NCBI GenBank assembly: GCA_004764695.1
Contig: SMSO01000035.1
Span: forward strand, 1,550,001 to 1,614,000
DNA: 64,000 nucleotides
Direction of reading: 5' to 3'
Source of the DNA: Schizochytrium sp. TIO01
Lineage: Eukaryota > Protista > Bigyra: Labyrinthulomycetes
Shown: in pieces, positions 22,694-33,754 of the stretch
How positions within the stretch are numbered: the stretch's first letter is position 1
How the letters are laid out: every line of letters begins with the position of its first letter
Translations under genes and position numbers: made by a program
Notes under the pieces: model-generated
The model's input: only the letters and a program-made list of their open reading frames with translations
The model's database searches: none
Told to the model about the DNA's origin: nothing

Positions 22694-25006
22694 ATGGGCA
22701 ACTCGGCCACGGGCTGCTCGAACTTTAACGATGGCGCCATAGAAAATTTGCATCGCACGAGCACAGGAAATGATTGTGCACACCGCCCCAGTGGAGGAGT
22801 AGATCTTGAAAACACCAGATCTGGACTCTTGCTTTCTGCACAAGGATCCAGACAAGATGAGTTCGCGGAAAGAATAATCCACCAGGATGCAGAGAGAAAT
22901 AGGACCTTAGAGGAAGTCTGCAGTTTGAGTTTACTGTCACATGAATCCAGCACAGATAATTTAATAGTTTTGCCTGAGGATGTTGATGGGAACGCCATGA
23001 TTACTCGAAGAAGGGCGAAGAGTGCAGAGGGAAGCCATGCATCATCGTCACTCATTGTTAATTTAGATAACGATCTACGTAGTAGAGAAAGCTGGCAGCA
23101 ACACCCTTGGACGGCAACGCAAGAGCCACTAGATTCTAAGGTGCAGCGAAAACCTTCTGCAATAGGGTCTATCGACCAAACAGAGCTTCCGCTTGCAGCT
23201 TTAAATTTAAGACGAAGAGCTCGTAGTGGGCCTATCGAGGCTTCATGGCATTCGACTGTGCTAAGTGGACGCCCTGCAACAGAACGCATTAGTCGCGGCG
23301 GCCAAAATGGATGTCCACTTTCACAAAGCCCGCTTTGGAATTTTCAGCGTATGTTTTACGATCTGCGAGGTAGCGATACATGGCAGATGGGCTTAATACC
23401 AAGCTTTGCGACCACTAATGTGAGACTAGCACATGGATATGCACGTGCAATTTTTGAGTTCGTACGAGCACGAGAGAATGAGCTTCGAAATAAAAAATCT
23501 GGTAACGAAAATAGTGGTACTAAATTTAAGGCTTATGCGATCGAGTTTGGTGCAGGTGCAGGAAAATTTGGTTTTCATATAGCTCAACGCCTCTCTGCAC
23601 TAAGCGAAGCCCATAGAAAAGGTGGTGGTCGGGCTATCCAGGTTGTCTACGTGCTGACTGAAGTTCATGAAGGTGGAGTTCAATTTTGGAAGTCGCACAG
23701 TAGCCTGCAACCGCTTTTCCGTCAAGGTGTCCTGGATGTAGCTCTTGTAGACGCGACAAGTGCGGATAGCTGCAAGCGTATCGAACTGCAAATTTCCAGG
23801 ACTTCCCTGGTAGGTGGTCAGGTTGATGGCCCCATAATTGGAGTTTGCAATTACTTATTTGATTCTTTGGTGCAAGATGCCTTTCAGGTGCGCAATCACA
23901 CCCTTTATCGTGCTCACGTAGAGGTGATGGGCGAATTACCATCCGAAGAAATGTTACAAGAGATTCATCAAGAGTGGCAGCCTACGTTATCTTGGACGTA
24001 TGATGTTTGTGATGTTAAAGAAGATGCATTATTAGCTGCTGAGATGTTACCTCATGGAAGCCAAATCGAGCAGCAAGTGCTGATGGAACAGCTGCGTAAA
24101 TATCAAGTAGAGAATGAGCGATTATCTATTATGGTCCCATTAGGAGCATTTAACGTTGTGCGAAATTTGGTCAGTTTAGCAACCAACCGAGCGAATGTCA
24201 TGCTTCTTGCAGTAGATAAGGGTTTTCATGAAACTGAGGAGTTTATGTATTTAGAGAATCCTCAGGCAGTGGTTCACGGAGCACTTTCGTTCATGACAAA
24301 TTTTCATTTGTTCAATCGTTTCTGCGAGAAGGTGTACCGTGGAGCTCATGTTCGTCGAACATCCTATTCAGATGGTCTTAAGGCCATCGCTGTGTTCTTT
24401 AAGTATGACAGGTCATTGCGAAAGTGCGATGCAGCTGTTGATCAGTTTCTGAGTGGTTTAGATCCAGGTCAGGTTGCTATTCTAAATGCTTGGGGCGCAG
24501 TGTCTGGAAATTTAGAAAGTCCCGAGGAAGCGCTTTCTTTGCTTCGCAATTGCGATCATGACCAATTTACTTTCCTCGAGGTCAAACAGAAGCTTTTAGA
24601 ACTAAATGATGCAGAAGGCCAGCATTTGACGACTTCTTTTATGGATGATATGCGTGAGGATCTGAGCACTGTCATGGATAATTACTTTCCTTTGCAGATG
24701 TTTAAGGATGTAGCATTTGAGAACGGCCGAGTTCTCATGGTTATTGGAGACTTCGAAGCTGCCATTGCTCTTTTCCACAGAAGTTTGCAAGATTGCGGCG
24801 AGCACGCTGCAACATGGTTAAATCTGGGCTTGTGCCATTATCAATGTCACCAAATTGAGCAAGCTCGGGCTGCATATGAAACATCACTTGCTCTCGCACC
24901 AGATTTTGAGAAGGTGCGAGTATTACTTGACCAGCTGCCCCCCCCTGCACTGCCTCCAGTAGACGAGCAATTTGCCAACATGGATTCCGAATTCGTAAGA
25001 GAGTAA
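22694..25006 (+). CDS. SAM-dependent methyltransferase (MidA/NDUFAF7-like) with C-terminal TPRs
   Basis: Motif I AIEFGAGAGKFG and NYLFDSL; C-terminal TPR helices (AFENGRVLM..GDFEAAIALF, TWLNLGLCHYQ...ARAAYETSLALAP). First ATG is at 22694; a downstream ATG could be the true start. Confidence 0.82.
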   Translation: MGNSATGCSNFNDGAIENLHRTSTGNDCAHRPSGGVDLENTRSGLLLSAQGSRQDEFAERIIHQDAERNRTLEEVCSLSLLSHESSTDNLIVLPEDVDGNAMITRRRAKSAEGSHASSSLIVNLDNDLRSRESWQQHPWTATQEPLDSKVQRKPSAIGSIDQTELPLAALNLRRRARSGPIEASWHSTVLSGRPATERISRGGQNGCPLSQSPLWNFQRMFYDLRGSDTWQMGLIPSFATTNVRLAHGYARAIFEFVRARENELRNKKSGNENSGTKFKAYAIEFGAGAGKFGFHIAQRLSALSEAHRKGGGRAIQVVYVLTEVHEGGVQFWKSHSSLQPLFRQGVLDVALVDATSADSCKRIELQISRTSLVGGQVDGPIIGVCNYLFDSLVQDAFQVRNHTLYRAHVEVMGELPSEEMLQEIHQEWQPTLSWTYDVCDVKEDALLAAEMLPHGSQIEQQVLMEQLRKYQVENERLSIMVPLGAFNVVRNLVSLATNRANVMLLAVDKGFHETEEFMYLENPQAVVHGALSFMTNFHLFNRFCEKVYRGAHVRRTSYSDGLKAIAVFFKYDRSLRKCDAAVDQFLSGLDPGQVAILNAWGAVSGNLESPEEALSLLRNCDHDQFTFLEVKQKLLELNDAEGQHLTTSFMDDMREDLSTVMDNYFPLQMFKDVAFENGRVLMVIGDFEAAIALFHRSLQDCGEHAATWLNLGLCHYQCHQIEQARAAYETSLALAPDFEKVRVLLDQLPPPALPPVDEQFANMDSEFVRE

Positions 25007-25654
25007 TACGTGTGAATAGAGTTTACTTATACTTCTTTAATTCTATCTCTCTTTTTTAAAAAGGAGAGTAACAACGCAAAGACGATCATGGTGAATGGAT
25101 ACCAAAGAAATCCGACCTCTTTCTTTCCAGGTTATTTGTGATTAGACAGTATCTTGTCCTAGACCAAAGCATGATAAAAAGAATAGTTTAAATTCAATAT
25201 ATAGGCCTGCAAACGAGCCAATACAGATTCCCAAGTCTGGTTCTTGTAAGCTTGCACACCATTATTATTTACGTACCTCAGTCCGCAGCTTGCTGCAAGT
25301 AAATCAACAAGAAGTAAGTTAACAATCCTTTACAATAGTGCATGCTATTCAAATAAGACGGGATACCAGAAACGTAAAGTATATGCCGCAGGGAGAGCAA
25401 AAAAATAATGATAATGTAGATCTTGGCTTTTTTTAGAAACAAGTATGACAGTAACAGCTGGTCAGAGAGCCCCTCGCCACACAGAGCTCTATCTGGGCCT
25501 TTGTTAGCTCGGTTTTCCTTCCAGTCCCAAGCAAACGAGCAAGCGAGTAAGCAAGTAAGCAAACTCGGGCATGGGCGAGCTAGCAACTTAATATCACAAG
25601 CTCACAAATTGTAGCAATTATCCAATGTGATTGAGTACATGTGAAGCCGTCGAC

Positions 25655-26221
25655 CTAGAGTGCCGACGCGGCCATGCCGGGCTCCTCAGACTCAGACATC
25701 TCTGCATCTTCATCCTCCTCTTGAACAGCCCCTACTGTAGCCTTGGTGTTTGCAGTCACCTCAGGGTGCACGGAGTTGACGCCCTCCATGGGCATTGATG
25801 CAGATGCCGGCGCCTGCAGAGAGGCTGAGACAGGCGAGGAAACTTCCAGCACGCTGCTCACCGAAAGAAGCTTCTCGAGGCCGAAGATTAGCTTGGCCAC
25901 GCTGGAGTAGTAGGAACCTGGCCTGAGCATCAGCTCACAGAGCCTCTGGAGCGTGAACGGAGCGCCCTCGAAGAGATCGAGCGCAGACAAAAGACGCTGC
26001 TTCTGGGCATCGTACGCAGGTTTACCCTGCTCCACGGGGTCTGACCCAGGGTGTCGCACGCGGAAGGAGTCGAGGGACTGCTCGAGAGCGAGACGTACGA
26101 GAGGCCTCAACAGAGGCCAGTCGTAACGAGGCACGCCACATCGCTCCATGTCCTCCAGAACGCTGCGGAGATCGGGAGTGATCTGGCGGCTAGAGGCCAC
26201 CTGCCGAAGCTGGTCCTCCAT
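25655..26221 (-). CDS. PPP4R2: Serine/threonine-protein phosphatase 4 regulatory subunit 2
   Basis: YDWPLLRPL...FEGAPFTLQRLCELMLRP..YY....KLIFGLEKLLSVSS is the PPP4R2/Psy4 signature, followed by an acidic tail. Confidence 0.92.
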   Translation of the reverse strand: MEDQLRQVASSRQITPDLRSVLEDMERCGVPRYDWPLLRPLVRLALEQSLDSFRVRHPGSDPVEQGKPAYDAQKQRLLSALDLFEGAPFTLQRLCELMLRPGSYYSSVAKLIFGLEKLLSVSSVLEVSSPVSASLQAPASASMPMEGVNSVHPEVTANTKATVGAVQEEDEDAEMSESEEPGMAASAL

Positions 26222-27417
26222 GGGTACTTAGATCCAGAAAGAGTTGAGGCGTGAATTAAGCAGGTACGAGTGCGCCTCAAGCACGTTCAACCTTAGCTCG
26301 CGCGGACTGGGCGAGAGATGGTTTGGAATTTGTTGGAGAAGTTGATTTTTTTGTCTTTCTGACCAAAGTTTTCTCTTTTTGCTTCGTCCTTTTTTTTTTC
26401 TTTTTAATCTCTCCTTTCCGCAGTCTTTTGAGGGTTTTGATTCGTAGATTGAATGCAATAGTTCTATCTTATTTGGGGCATATGTGGTTGCCGCTCGTAC
26501 AAACCCAAGTTTTCGCTCGTGAGTCATGAATTTACGGATGCTTGACAGGTTGTGTATCATGAATTAGGGATTTGTTCATTCTAATTTAAAAAAAATGATA
26601 ATATATAATATATAATCTTATTCTTTTTCTTTTCTCTTATTTTATGTTTCACAAGTCTTCTTTGCACAAGGAAGAGTCCTTGTCTAATGCTTTTCAGGTG
26701 GGTGTTTATATGTCTAATGTAAAGAAATGTGAATTCTCATTTCTTTCACGGCAAGACCACCGTGGTTTGAGCTGAGGAGCAAGAAAGCAAAGATTAAAAG
26801 TACTGCCAACAGACTCCACGAACGAGACGGATGAGGTGACAAAGTTATGAGTGCATGTCAGCAAGAGGGATTCTTTTCTCCATGTCAACTTTTCTGTTCT
26901 TTCCTTTCATTTTCTTTTCTTTTTTATAAATACCGAGATAAATCACAAGGCATATGAAGCCACGCGAAGAACTTCCTACAAAGTGGTCAAATTCAACAAA
27001 GCGTGTAATGAGTGACTGTTCTTGTCTGAGTTTCTACCCTTAAGTTGTTACTTCTGACTTGTGAGAGGAAACAATACTGGCGCGGACCTACCTACACCTA
27101 CCACTGGTGAGGAACTATTTTGGCTTGAGTTTTAAAGAAGATTTTAAGGAGTTTGTTTGAATGCTCCTGCCTATATCTACCTACCTACCTACCTCCCTAC
27201 CACTGTCACTTTTGGAGATCAAGAAGCAAACATCATCGACTAAAGCTCAAAAGTTCTAAATCTCTGATGGCGAGCGAGAACTTCGCTGACACAGATAAAA
27301 ACTATGGAAATATGCAAGGGCTAAGACCAAGCAAGATAGAACAAAAACGATACGCGCGACTATACAAATAAAAAAGCACAGAGAATCGCATACCTAGATC
27401 ATGATGTTTGTACTAGT

Positions 27418-30105
27418 TTAGGTAAAATTATGGGTCAGGCCACTGGGAGTATCCATGGGGTATGCATCGACTAAATCAGGCCATATGCTGCTCGACCAGG
27501 TGTCATCCCCAACATAGTCTTCGTGAAATGTATCAACAGAAATGGCAAAAAGTTTGCCATTCTCAATGGCATGGTGTGCCAAAGCGCAGGCCAGAGCGGC
27601 GGTCGGACAACGCGGTGCAACAATTACATCAACGTGGTCAAGGTCACTAGTTGCATCCTTGACCTGCTGGACACGAATTGCAAATTGCGCAAGCAATTCA
27701 TTGACAGCCTCTTCGATATCCTCATCAGAACGAGCAAAAAGAGCTTCTTTGTTAAGCAAAGATGCTGCAAGGGAATCTAAAGGCTCTTCACTTTCTGGCG
27801 CAACAAAGGAAAATGCAGCATCAAGAATGCGCTGCGTCGCTGGCAGAGGCAGGGGGATAGGGTTCTGAACAAGAACGTGGAAGTAAGGTTCTGTAAGAGC
27901 AAGGAAGTGCCAGATAGTTGAACTGACATCTAGGATGACCAATGGCTCACCTTCGTCACTGAAAGGATCTAAACGTTTGAGTAATGCAGAGATTGGTTCT
28001 TCTTCATCACCTTGCATCTCTTCAAATTCGATAACTGGAAGCTCCACCAAGTTTTCCTCTTCTGCTTCTTCATCTTCTAAAGTAGTCTTCTGAGACCTTT
28101 TTGTGTTCTTAGAAGACACCTTCTGCGATGGAATTTTAGCAACATCTTCTTCCTCCAATTCATCCTCGCTCTCCTCAAGTTTCGCAGCCACATATTTGTT
28201 GGCTGGGGGAGAAGGAGAACGGCGTTGCTTTGGCTTGCTTTGACGACGGTTGCGACGTGAAACGCCTTGTTCACTCTCTGGTTCTTTACCCTCAATCCAC
28301 GCAACAAGGGCATCTAAGTCTTCCTCATAAGATCCGCGAGGTGGAGCGGCTGGCATGTCATCGTCGTTTAGGTTTAGAGCGCGATTCCACAATATATCTT
28401 CACGCGCGTGTTTAAGTTTCTCTTGCTGTCGTGCTTCTTCGTCCTGTGAATGGACAAGATATGGCAGCCTGCCAAATTGAGATTTCCACTTGGCCAGAAG
28501 AAGTTGGTGGATGCGCCCCACATGTTTCATATCTGGCAGGCAAAGCACGCTCCTTTGCAATACCATGCTGAGAATCATATCCACAACACTCTTCTCACCT
28601 TCTTTATCCTTCACACTGCCTTCAACTGCTTCAAAGACAGATCTCTCTTTGCGAGCATCTACGAGATGTGATTTTACAGTTTGGAGTTCCATTGAACAGT
28701 TTGTCGTAAAATCATCGAGATCGTCAGTTGTTGCCCAAAGTTCCTCGAGCTCCTTGACTAAATTCTCAAGAGCTTCGACGCGCTCATTGATTTCATCCCG
28801 TTCAAGCTTAATGATTTCCTCGCGGGAAGCGATTGCATCAATCTCCTCAAGAATTGATCTCTTCCAGGCTAAAGAGCGCGAGCAATCGCGTACGCGACCC
28901 TTCAACAAGGTACAGGCGTCATTAGGTTTACCAGCGTCAGCGCGACGTACAATTTCACGCCAAAGGTCTTGTGTTTTCATAGTTTCGTAAAGGTCTGCAA
29001 CATGCACTACCTCGGGGTAATCTACAGGTGCGAATTGTTTGCCAGGATTCAACCTTTCAAGGCGCTTAATATCCGACAGAATGCAGTTTTCAGTAGAGTG
29101 GTGAAAGGCGCCAACGTCGAACATGGCCTCGCAAAGTTGATCGAGTTGTTCCTCGGCCCGAAGAAGCTCCTCAAAACACTCATGGCGAGACTGCTCAATC
29201 GAAGCACCTGCTTTTACCCATGGAGTCATATCCACAAGGAGAACAGGCCAATCCTCCGACTGAACATAATCGAGTACTTGTTTAGGCTCCGATTCCAGAT
29301 CAACCTCCTCCCACGATGCTGCGATTTCCTCTTCCTCTTCTTCTTCTTCCTCGGAGAAACTATCAGTGTCATTTGCACGGTTTTCGAATGAACCCTCCAT
29401 TGTAGAATCTATCAAATTTTCATTTTCCTCTAATGTATTTTCCGTGTGCTCTTCTACTTTTTCGTTTTGGGGAACACTTTTATTTTGGCTGTGGACGTTC
29501 TGGATCTCGTCATTTTCTACTCCAGAGTTTAAATGTGTAGGCAAAACATCACCCGAAGTAGTATTCTCATCCTTTGTTTGGTCCACGGCTTTTGCCAAAG
29601 GTTTATTTGCCACGTTTGACAAATTAGCATCGTAGACCTTGCCAAGTTTAGACGTCTGCGAAAGCAAACCTTTTTGGGCCCTGAGGTTGGCAAAAATACC
29701 ATTTTTTGAAGGAGTCAGTGGAGTCATCTTCAGCAGTTCTGGACGAACTCTTCCTGCCGGAAACAAAGAACCATTAGGTAAGAATCTCAGAGGCTCCTGA
29801 TCTCCTTTGACCAGCTGCTGTTGCTCTTCGGAGGGTTTCAATTTCTTCTTGAGCTCCTTGGATTTCTTAGAGGACCCCTGAAACTCGAGTGTTTCACTAT
29901 CATCGCTGTCCTCGTCGTCATCGCTCTCGTTATCCTCATCAGCGGCTTCGTAGCCCTCATCGAGACCAGGAAAACGCTGGTTCGCAGGCACTGGCGCTGT
30001 GAGACGCCGCAAATGATCATCTGCAAGCTGCACGCGGAGCTCCAGGTCAGGTTCTCCAGCCGAAGCAGGCACTGCCGTCAGGGCATCCTCGCCGGAGTTT
30101 GTCAT
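27418..30105 (-). CDS. Hypothetical acidic coiled-coil protein
   Basis: 895-aa uninterrupted ORF with acidic tracts and a central heptad-rich region. No family recognised. Confidence 0.8.
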   Translation of the reverse strand: MTNSGEDALTAVPASAGEPDLELRVQLADDHLRRLTAPVPANQRFPGLDEGYEAADEDNESDDDEDSDDSETLEFQGSSKKSKELKKKLKPSEEQQQLVKGDQEPLRFLPNGSLFPAGRVRPELLKMTPLTPSKNGIFANLRAQKGLLSQTSKLGKVYDANLSNVANKPLAKAVDQTKDENTTSGDVLPTHLNSGVENDEIQNVHSQNKSVPQNEKVEEHTENTLEENENLIDSTMEGSFENRANDTDSFSEEEEEEEEEIAASWEEVDLESEPKQVLDYVQSEDWPVLLVDMTPWVKAGASIEQSRHECFEELLRAEEQLDQLCEAMFDVGAFHHSTENCILSDIKRLERLNPGKQFAPVDYPEVVHVADLYETMKTQDLWREIVRRADAGKPNDACTLLKGRVRDCSRSLAWKRSILEEIDAIASREEIIKLERDEINERVEALENLVKELEELWATTDDLDDFTTNCSMELQTVKSHLVDARKERSVFEAVEGSVKDKEGEKSVVDMILSMVLQRSVLCLPDMKHVGRIHQLLLAKWKSQFGRLPYLVHSQDEEARQQEKLKHAREDILWNRALNLNDDDMPAAPPRGSYEEDLDALVAWIEGKEPESEQGVSRRNRRQSKPKQRRSPSPPANKYVAAKLEESEDELEEEDVAKIPSQKVSSKNTKRSQKTTLEDEEAEEENLVELPVIEFEEMQGDEEEPISALLKRLDPFSDEGEPLVILDVSSTIWHFLALTEPYFHVLVQNPIPLPLPATQRILDAAFSFVAPESEEPLDSLAASLLNKEALFARSDEDIEEAVNELLAQFAIRVQQVKDATSDLDHVDVIVAPRCPTAALACALAHHAIENGKLFAISVDTFHEDYVGDDTWSSSIWPDLVDAYPMDTPSGLTHNFT

Positions 30106-30809
30106 CGTTGAGCAAGAGTGGAGGTTTGCTCGAGACAGTTCTGGCCACTGATAATCACTCGATGAACTCCACTCATATGCGACAGTGTGCTAGACACTCT
30201 ACTATGTGGTATTTTGAATAGTTCATTGTATCGGGTATCTGCTATACTGTAGAATATAAAGAAGTGTTGTATAGACTCCAGCTGAGCAAAGTAGGTGACT
30301 CGATACCTAAGAGGTTTTAGGAATGCACTAGTGTTGGATCAGGCATTGCTAGGTAGATAGATATACGTGCGTAAACTGTTTTTCAGAGGATAGTTGAGCG
30401 AAGCAAGAGAATGAGATGGATTGGACATGGACAGTAAATATAAGGTGGTGAAAGAAAGTTGCTCTTGTAAGAAAAAATGTGTCAAGTTCATTTGAAAATG
30501 AGGAAGTAGAGGTTCTTGAGAGTTGACTTTCTCTCATTAAAACGAAGGAGAAATTTATTAAGCCAAAGACGAACAACATTATGGTAAAATTCAAGCATTC
30601 GCAGAAAAGGATATAGGGTAAAAACTATGATTGCGTTTGTTATGTAAACTAGATTTGGAGTCTATCGCACAAAGTCAATGCAAGAACTGTGAACTGAGAT
30701 GCTGCAACGAAAACTTGTTCCCACCTCATAGTTTCCGCGAGAGCTTCTGGAGCATAGAAACAGGCTCTCGGTAGGCCTTCGGCTCGCACGCAAAAGCATC
30801 ACATTCTCC

Positions 30810-31496
30810 TTAGATCTTGCTAATGTTGAGCTCACCGCCACGCTCTTCAGCAGCCTTGTACGAAGGAAGCTGCTTGATGCGCTCGAGGTAGTTCGCAATG
30901 TTCGTGCATCCCTCTTTGCCATTCTTGTTAGTATTCCACATGTAGAGAGCCTCAAGCGGGAAGGACATTTGCACATCAGCACCAGTGATCTCCTCGCCGC
31001 CTGCAAACCACTTGTTCTTGCCCAGATGGTCTTCAATCATCTTTGTGTGATCGTTGAGTTGAGGGGTCACGAACGAGTCCATCACCTTGTCGAAAACAGG
31101 ACGCAGGATCGGGCGGAGGAAGAACGGTGCCTTGGTGGGAATTGTATTGAAGACTAGGCCCATAAGCAAAGGTGGCATCAGGGATCCTTCAGCGTAGTGC
31201 ATCCAGTAGTGGAATTGGACTCGCTCCTGAGTGCCAATGGCAGGCATAAGCTTGTTCTCCTTCTCCATGAGGTACATGATAATTGCACCCGATTCAGCAA
31301 CCGTGCGGTCACCATCTTGAATCACAGGTGCCTTGCCAAGAGGGTGAATCTCCTTGAGCTCAGGCGGAGCCAGCCGGGTTGTGGGGTTGCGCTTGTACTC
31401 CTTAATCTCGTACGGCATCTTCAGCAGTTCCAGCAGCCAAACAATGCGGTGAGACCGCGACTGCTCAAGGTGGTGTACGATGATGTTGGACGTCAT
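30810..31496 (-). CDS. Glutathione S-transferase, GTT1-like
   Basis: IVHHLEQSRSHRIVWLLE, LAPPELKEIHPLGKAPVI, AESGAI, YWMHYAEGSLMP and ITGADVQMSFPL are typical of GTT1-type GSTs. Confidence 0.93.
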   Translation of the reverse strand: MTSNIIVHHLEQSRSHRIVWLLELLKMPYEIKEYKRNPTTRLAPPELKEIHPLGKAPVIQDGDRTVAESGAIIMYLMEKENKLMPAIGTQERVQFHYWMHYAEGSLMPPLLMGLVFNTIPTKAPFFLRPILRPVFDKVMDSFVTPQLNDHTKMIEDHLGKNKWFAGGEEITGADVQMSFPLEALYMWNTNKNGKEGCTNIANYLERIKQLPSYKAAEERGGELNISKI

Positions 31497-31780
31497 CTCT
31501 GTCTTTCACGCTTTGTTCGCCTTCGAATCGCCTCTTCACCTAAGATCGACTGATCTTCGCTTTTAGATCTAACCCAAGATTTAAGATTTGATGAGGTACG
31601 TACTGCTGGTATGGAGCAATCGAAGCTCTTGTGCGTGCGTTGAATTATATCCTTTCTAAGAAAGTATCCTAAACTTTATTTTTAATTTAAAATGAAATGA
31701 AATAAAATAAAATAAAAAGACTATTCAGATGATAACGCTAACTATAACTAGCTCTTTCTAACTTTTCCCTCCTGCCTTCT

Positions 31781-31782
31781 TT

Positions 31783-31856
<74 letters not shown>
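31781..31856. repeat. (TTTC)19 microsatellite
   Basis: Directly visible. Confidence 0.95.
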
Positions 31857-31857
<1 letters not shown>

Positions 31858-32216
31858 AAAAAAGAAGTTCTATTCTGAATGAGTGAAACAAAAAAACAGG
31901 ATTTTTGCAATGTACTGGTTAGAGAAGCAGAGTCTTTCTCACTTCCTTATTGTAGCTGTTTCCATGAGCCTCACTCGCAGCAACTTGACGATTGCTGTAC
32001 CTATCCACCTATCTAGAAAGCCCAAGTTTGAGCACTTTGCGAAAAACTCGCGAGGCAGCTTCCTTTTCTATCTTAGCTGCTTCATGAAAGAAGGAAGCTC
32101 AGAGCTTGGAGTAAGGATGAGGTACAACCGTCGTCATGGACGGTCCTTCGATCGATTGTTACAGGTGAGTGAAAAGTAAAAGTATCGTGAATTCTTTGAT
32201 CACAGTCACATTGGTG

Positions 32217-32250
<34 letters not shown>
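32217..32250. repeat. (GATT)8 microsatellite
   Basis: Directly visible. Confidence 0.9.
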
Positions 32251-33754
32251 CAAGAGCACTTCTGACTACCCAGCGAGAGTGCTGTTACGCTGGAAAATTG
32301 AAAGAAGAGGCCCGCCCGGAGCTCTCTTCAGCTTGGTACACAGCTATCTACAGGCGACTTGTAAGTGCCAGAGCAAGCCTGGTTTAGGTTTGCCAGTTTT
32401 GCGGTCGAACTCGCAAGCAAACTCGAGTTGACCAAGCTTGCTAACGTAGTAGGTAGCAACTAACCACGGAAGATTATCGATGAAGGCCCGATTCGCCCAG
32501 AAGCTAGCTAGCTAGCTAGCTGATCCGTTTGAGCGATCTTGCATCACAATGATCATACAATGGCGGCTTGGTCTCTGCACCTTGTGAATCTACTGCCTTT
32601 CAGGAAAGGCTCCAATTTTCATTGCATAACCTGTCAAGTTGTAGCAAAGCACCGATTTCTTCAAGGCGTTTATGAGTTGCAGAAAGCGAGATTTTATTTT
32701 TACTTATTTCCTTTCTAGATTGTGTTGTCGAGATACACCGTGTAAACAATGAAGTAGAAATTCTGAGCTGTTTGTGGAGATATAAGAGTAAAAGTCAGTA
32801 GTTAGTTTATCACTTCACTAGCTAGCCAGATGAGAGGGACTCAAGGTGCTCGAAAGATATTAGTCGCATTGCTGTGGCGTTGAAAAGCAGGAGCATCGAG
32901 GTCAAACAGAATGACATAAAAAGAAAGAGAGTGATCAGAACGAATGAGGGAATGAAAGTCTACCTTTATTTTCAGGCCTGCGATGCTTGTCAAGGATGAC
33001 GACCTTGACTACGTAAATCACCACTGACCACTGGTTTTCAAAGATAGCAATGAAGAGTTGAAGAGTGTTGTTCATAGTTATGCACCTAGAGTTAGACTTT
33101 TAACAGAGTCTGCCTCGTGGAAAAACCCCTTAACAATATTCTGCCTTTAACAACACACGTCGCTCTAATTTTCGCAGAGCATAGCTGCAGTCTTCACTAG
33201 GAACAGTTTTTTTATTATCTGTCTCCATTCCTTCTTCTGAAAAGCAAACTCCATTTCTACAACATTGAGCTCACCTTTAATTTAAATCTTTCCTCCTTTC
33301 TTATCCTCAAGGTTCCATTCAAGCTCATGCGCCTCAAAGTTATGTCCAAGGTCAAAGATCAAGTTCGCTTCAGGTCAAGGTTGCTCAATTTACAGAGCTA
33401 CCTACGTACCTACTAGCTAAGCTCAGAGCTTATGATTATAGTTATGCAAGGATATTATGGATAAACAAGGATACTACTGGCTACGGGTCCGCTCTCAGCG
33501 CCCGAGTATGACTGCTAAAGAGTCCTCTTTAAAATAGTTAAACCAGCTAATGAGACTACCTGGGTAGTATTTTTATTATTCACGTTCGTTTGTTGCTTGG
33601 TTACTTCCAAGGTATTGCAGAGCCCGTTCCAGTGCTCTCATCTCAAGAGCGAGAAGAGAGCGCGACTCTGCTTTGGTGGCGGGGGTTGGGAACAGACCCT
33701 CTCCAAGAAGGCTTCGAGCAGGTAGAGCACGAAAGAAAACACGATCCACCGACG

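Noticed and set aside
22570-23289. 239-aa antisense ORF over the gene junction
   Set aside because: Most likely a shadow frame of the + strand CDS; no domain evidence.
30662-31036. 124-aa alternate-frame ORF overlapping the GST 3' end
   Set aside because: The GST is complete in its own frame, and the overlap is explained by codon bias.
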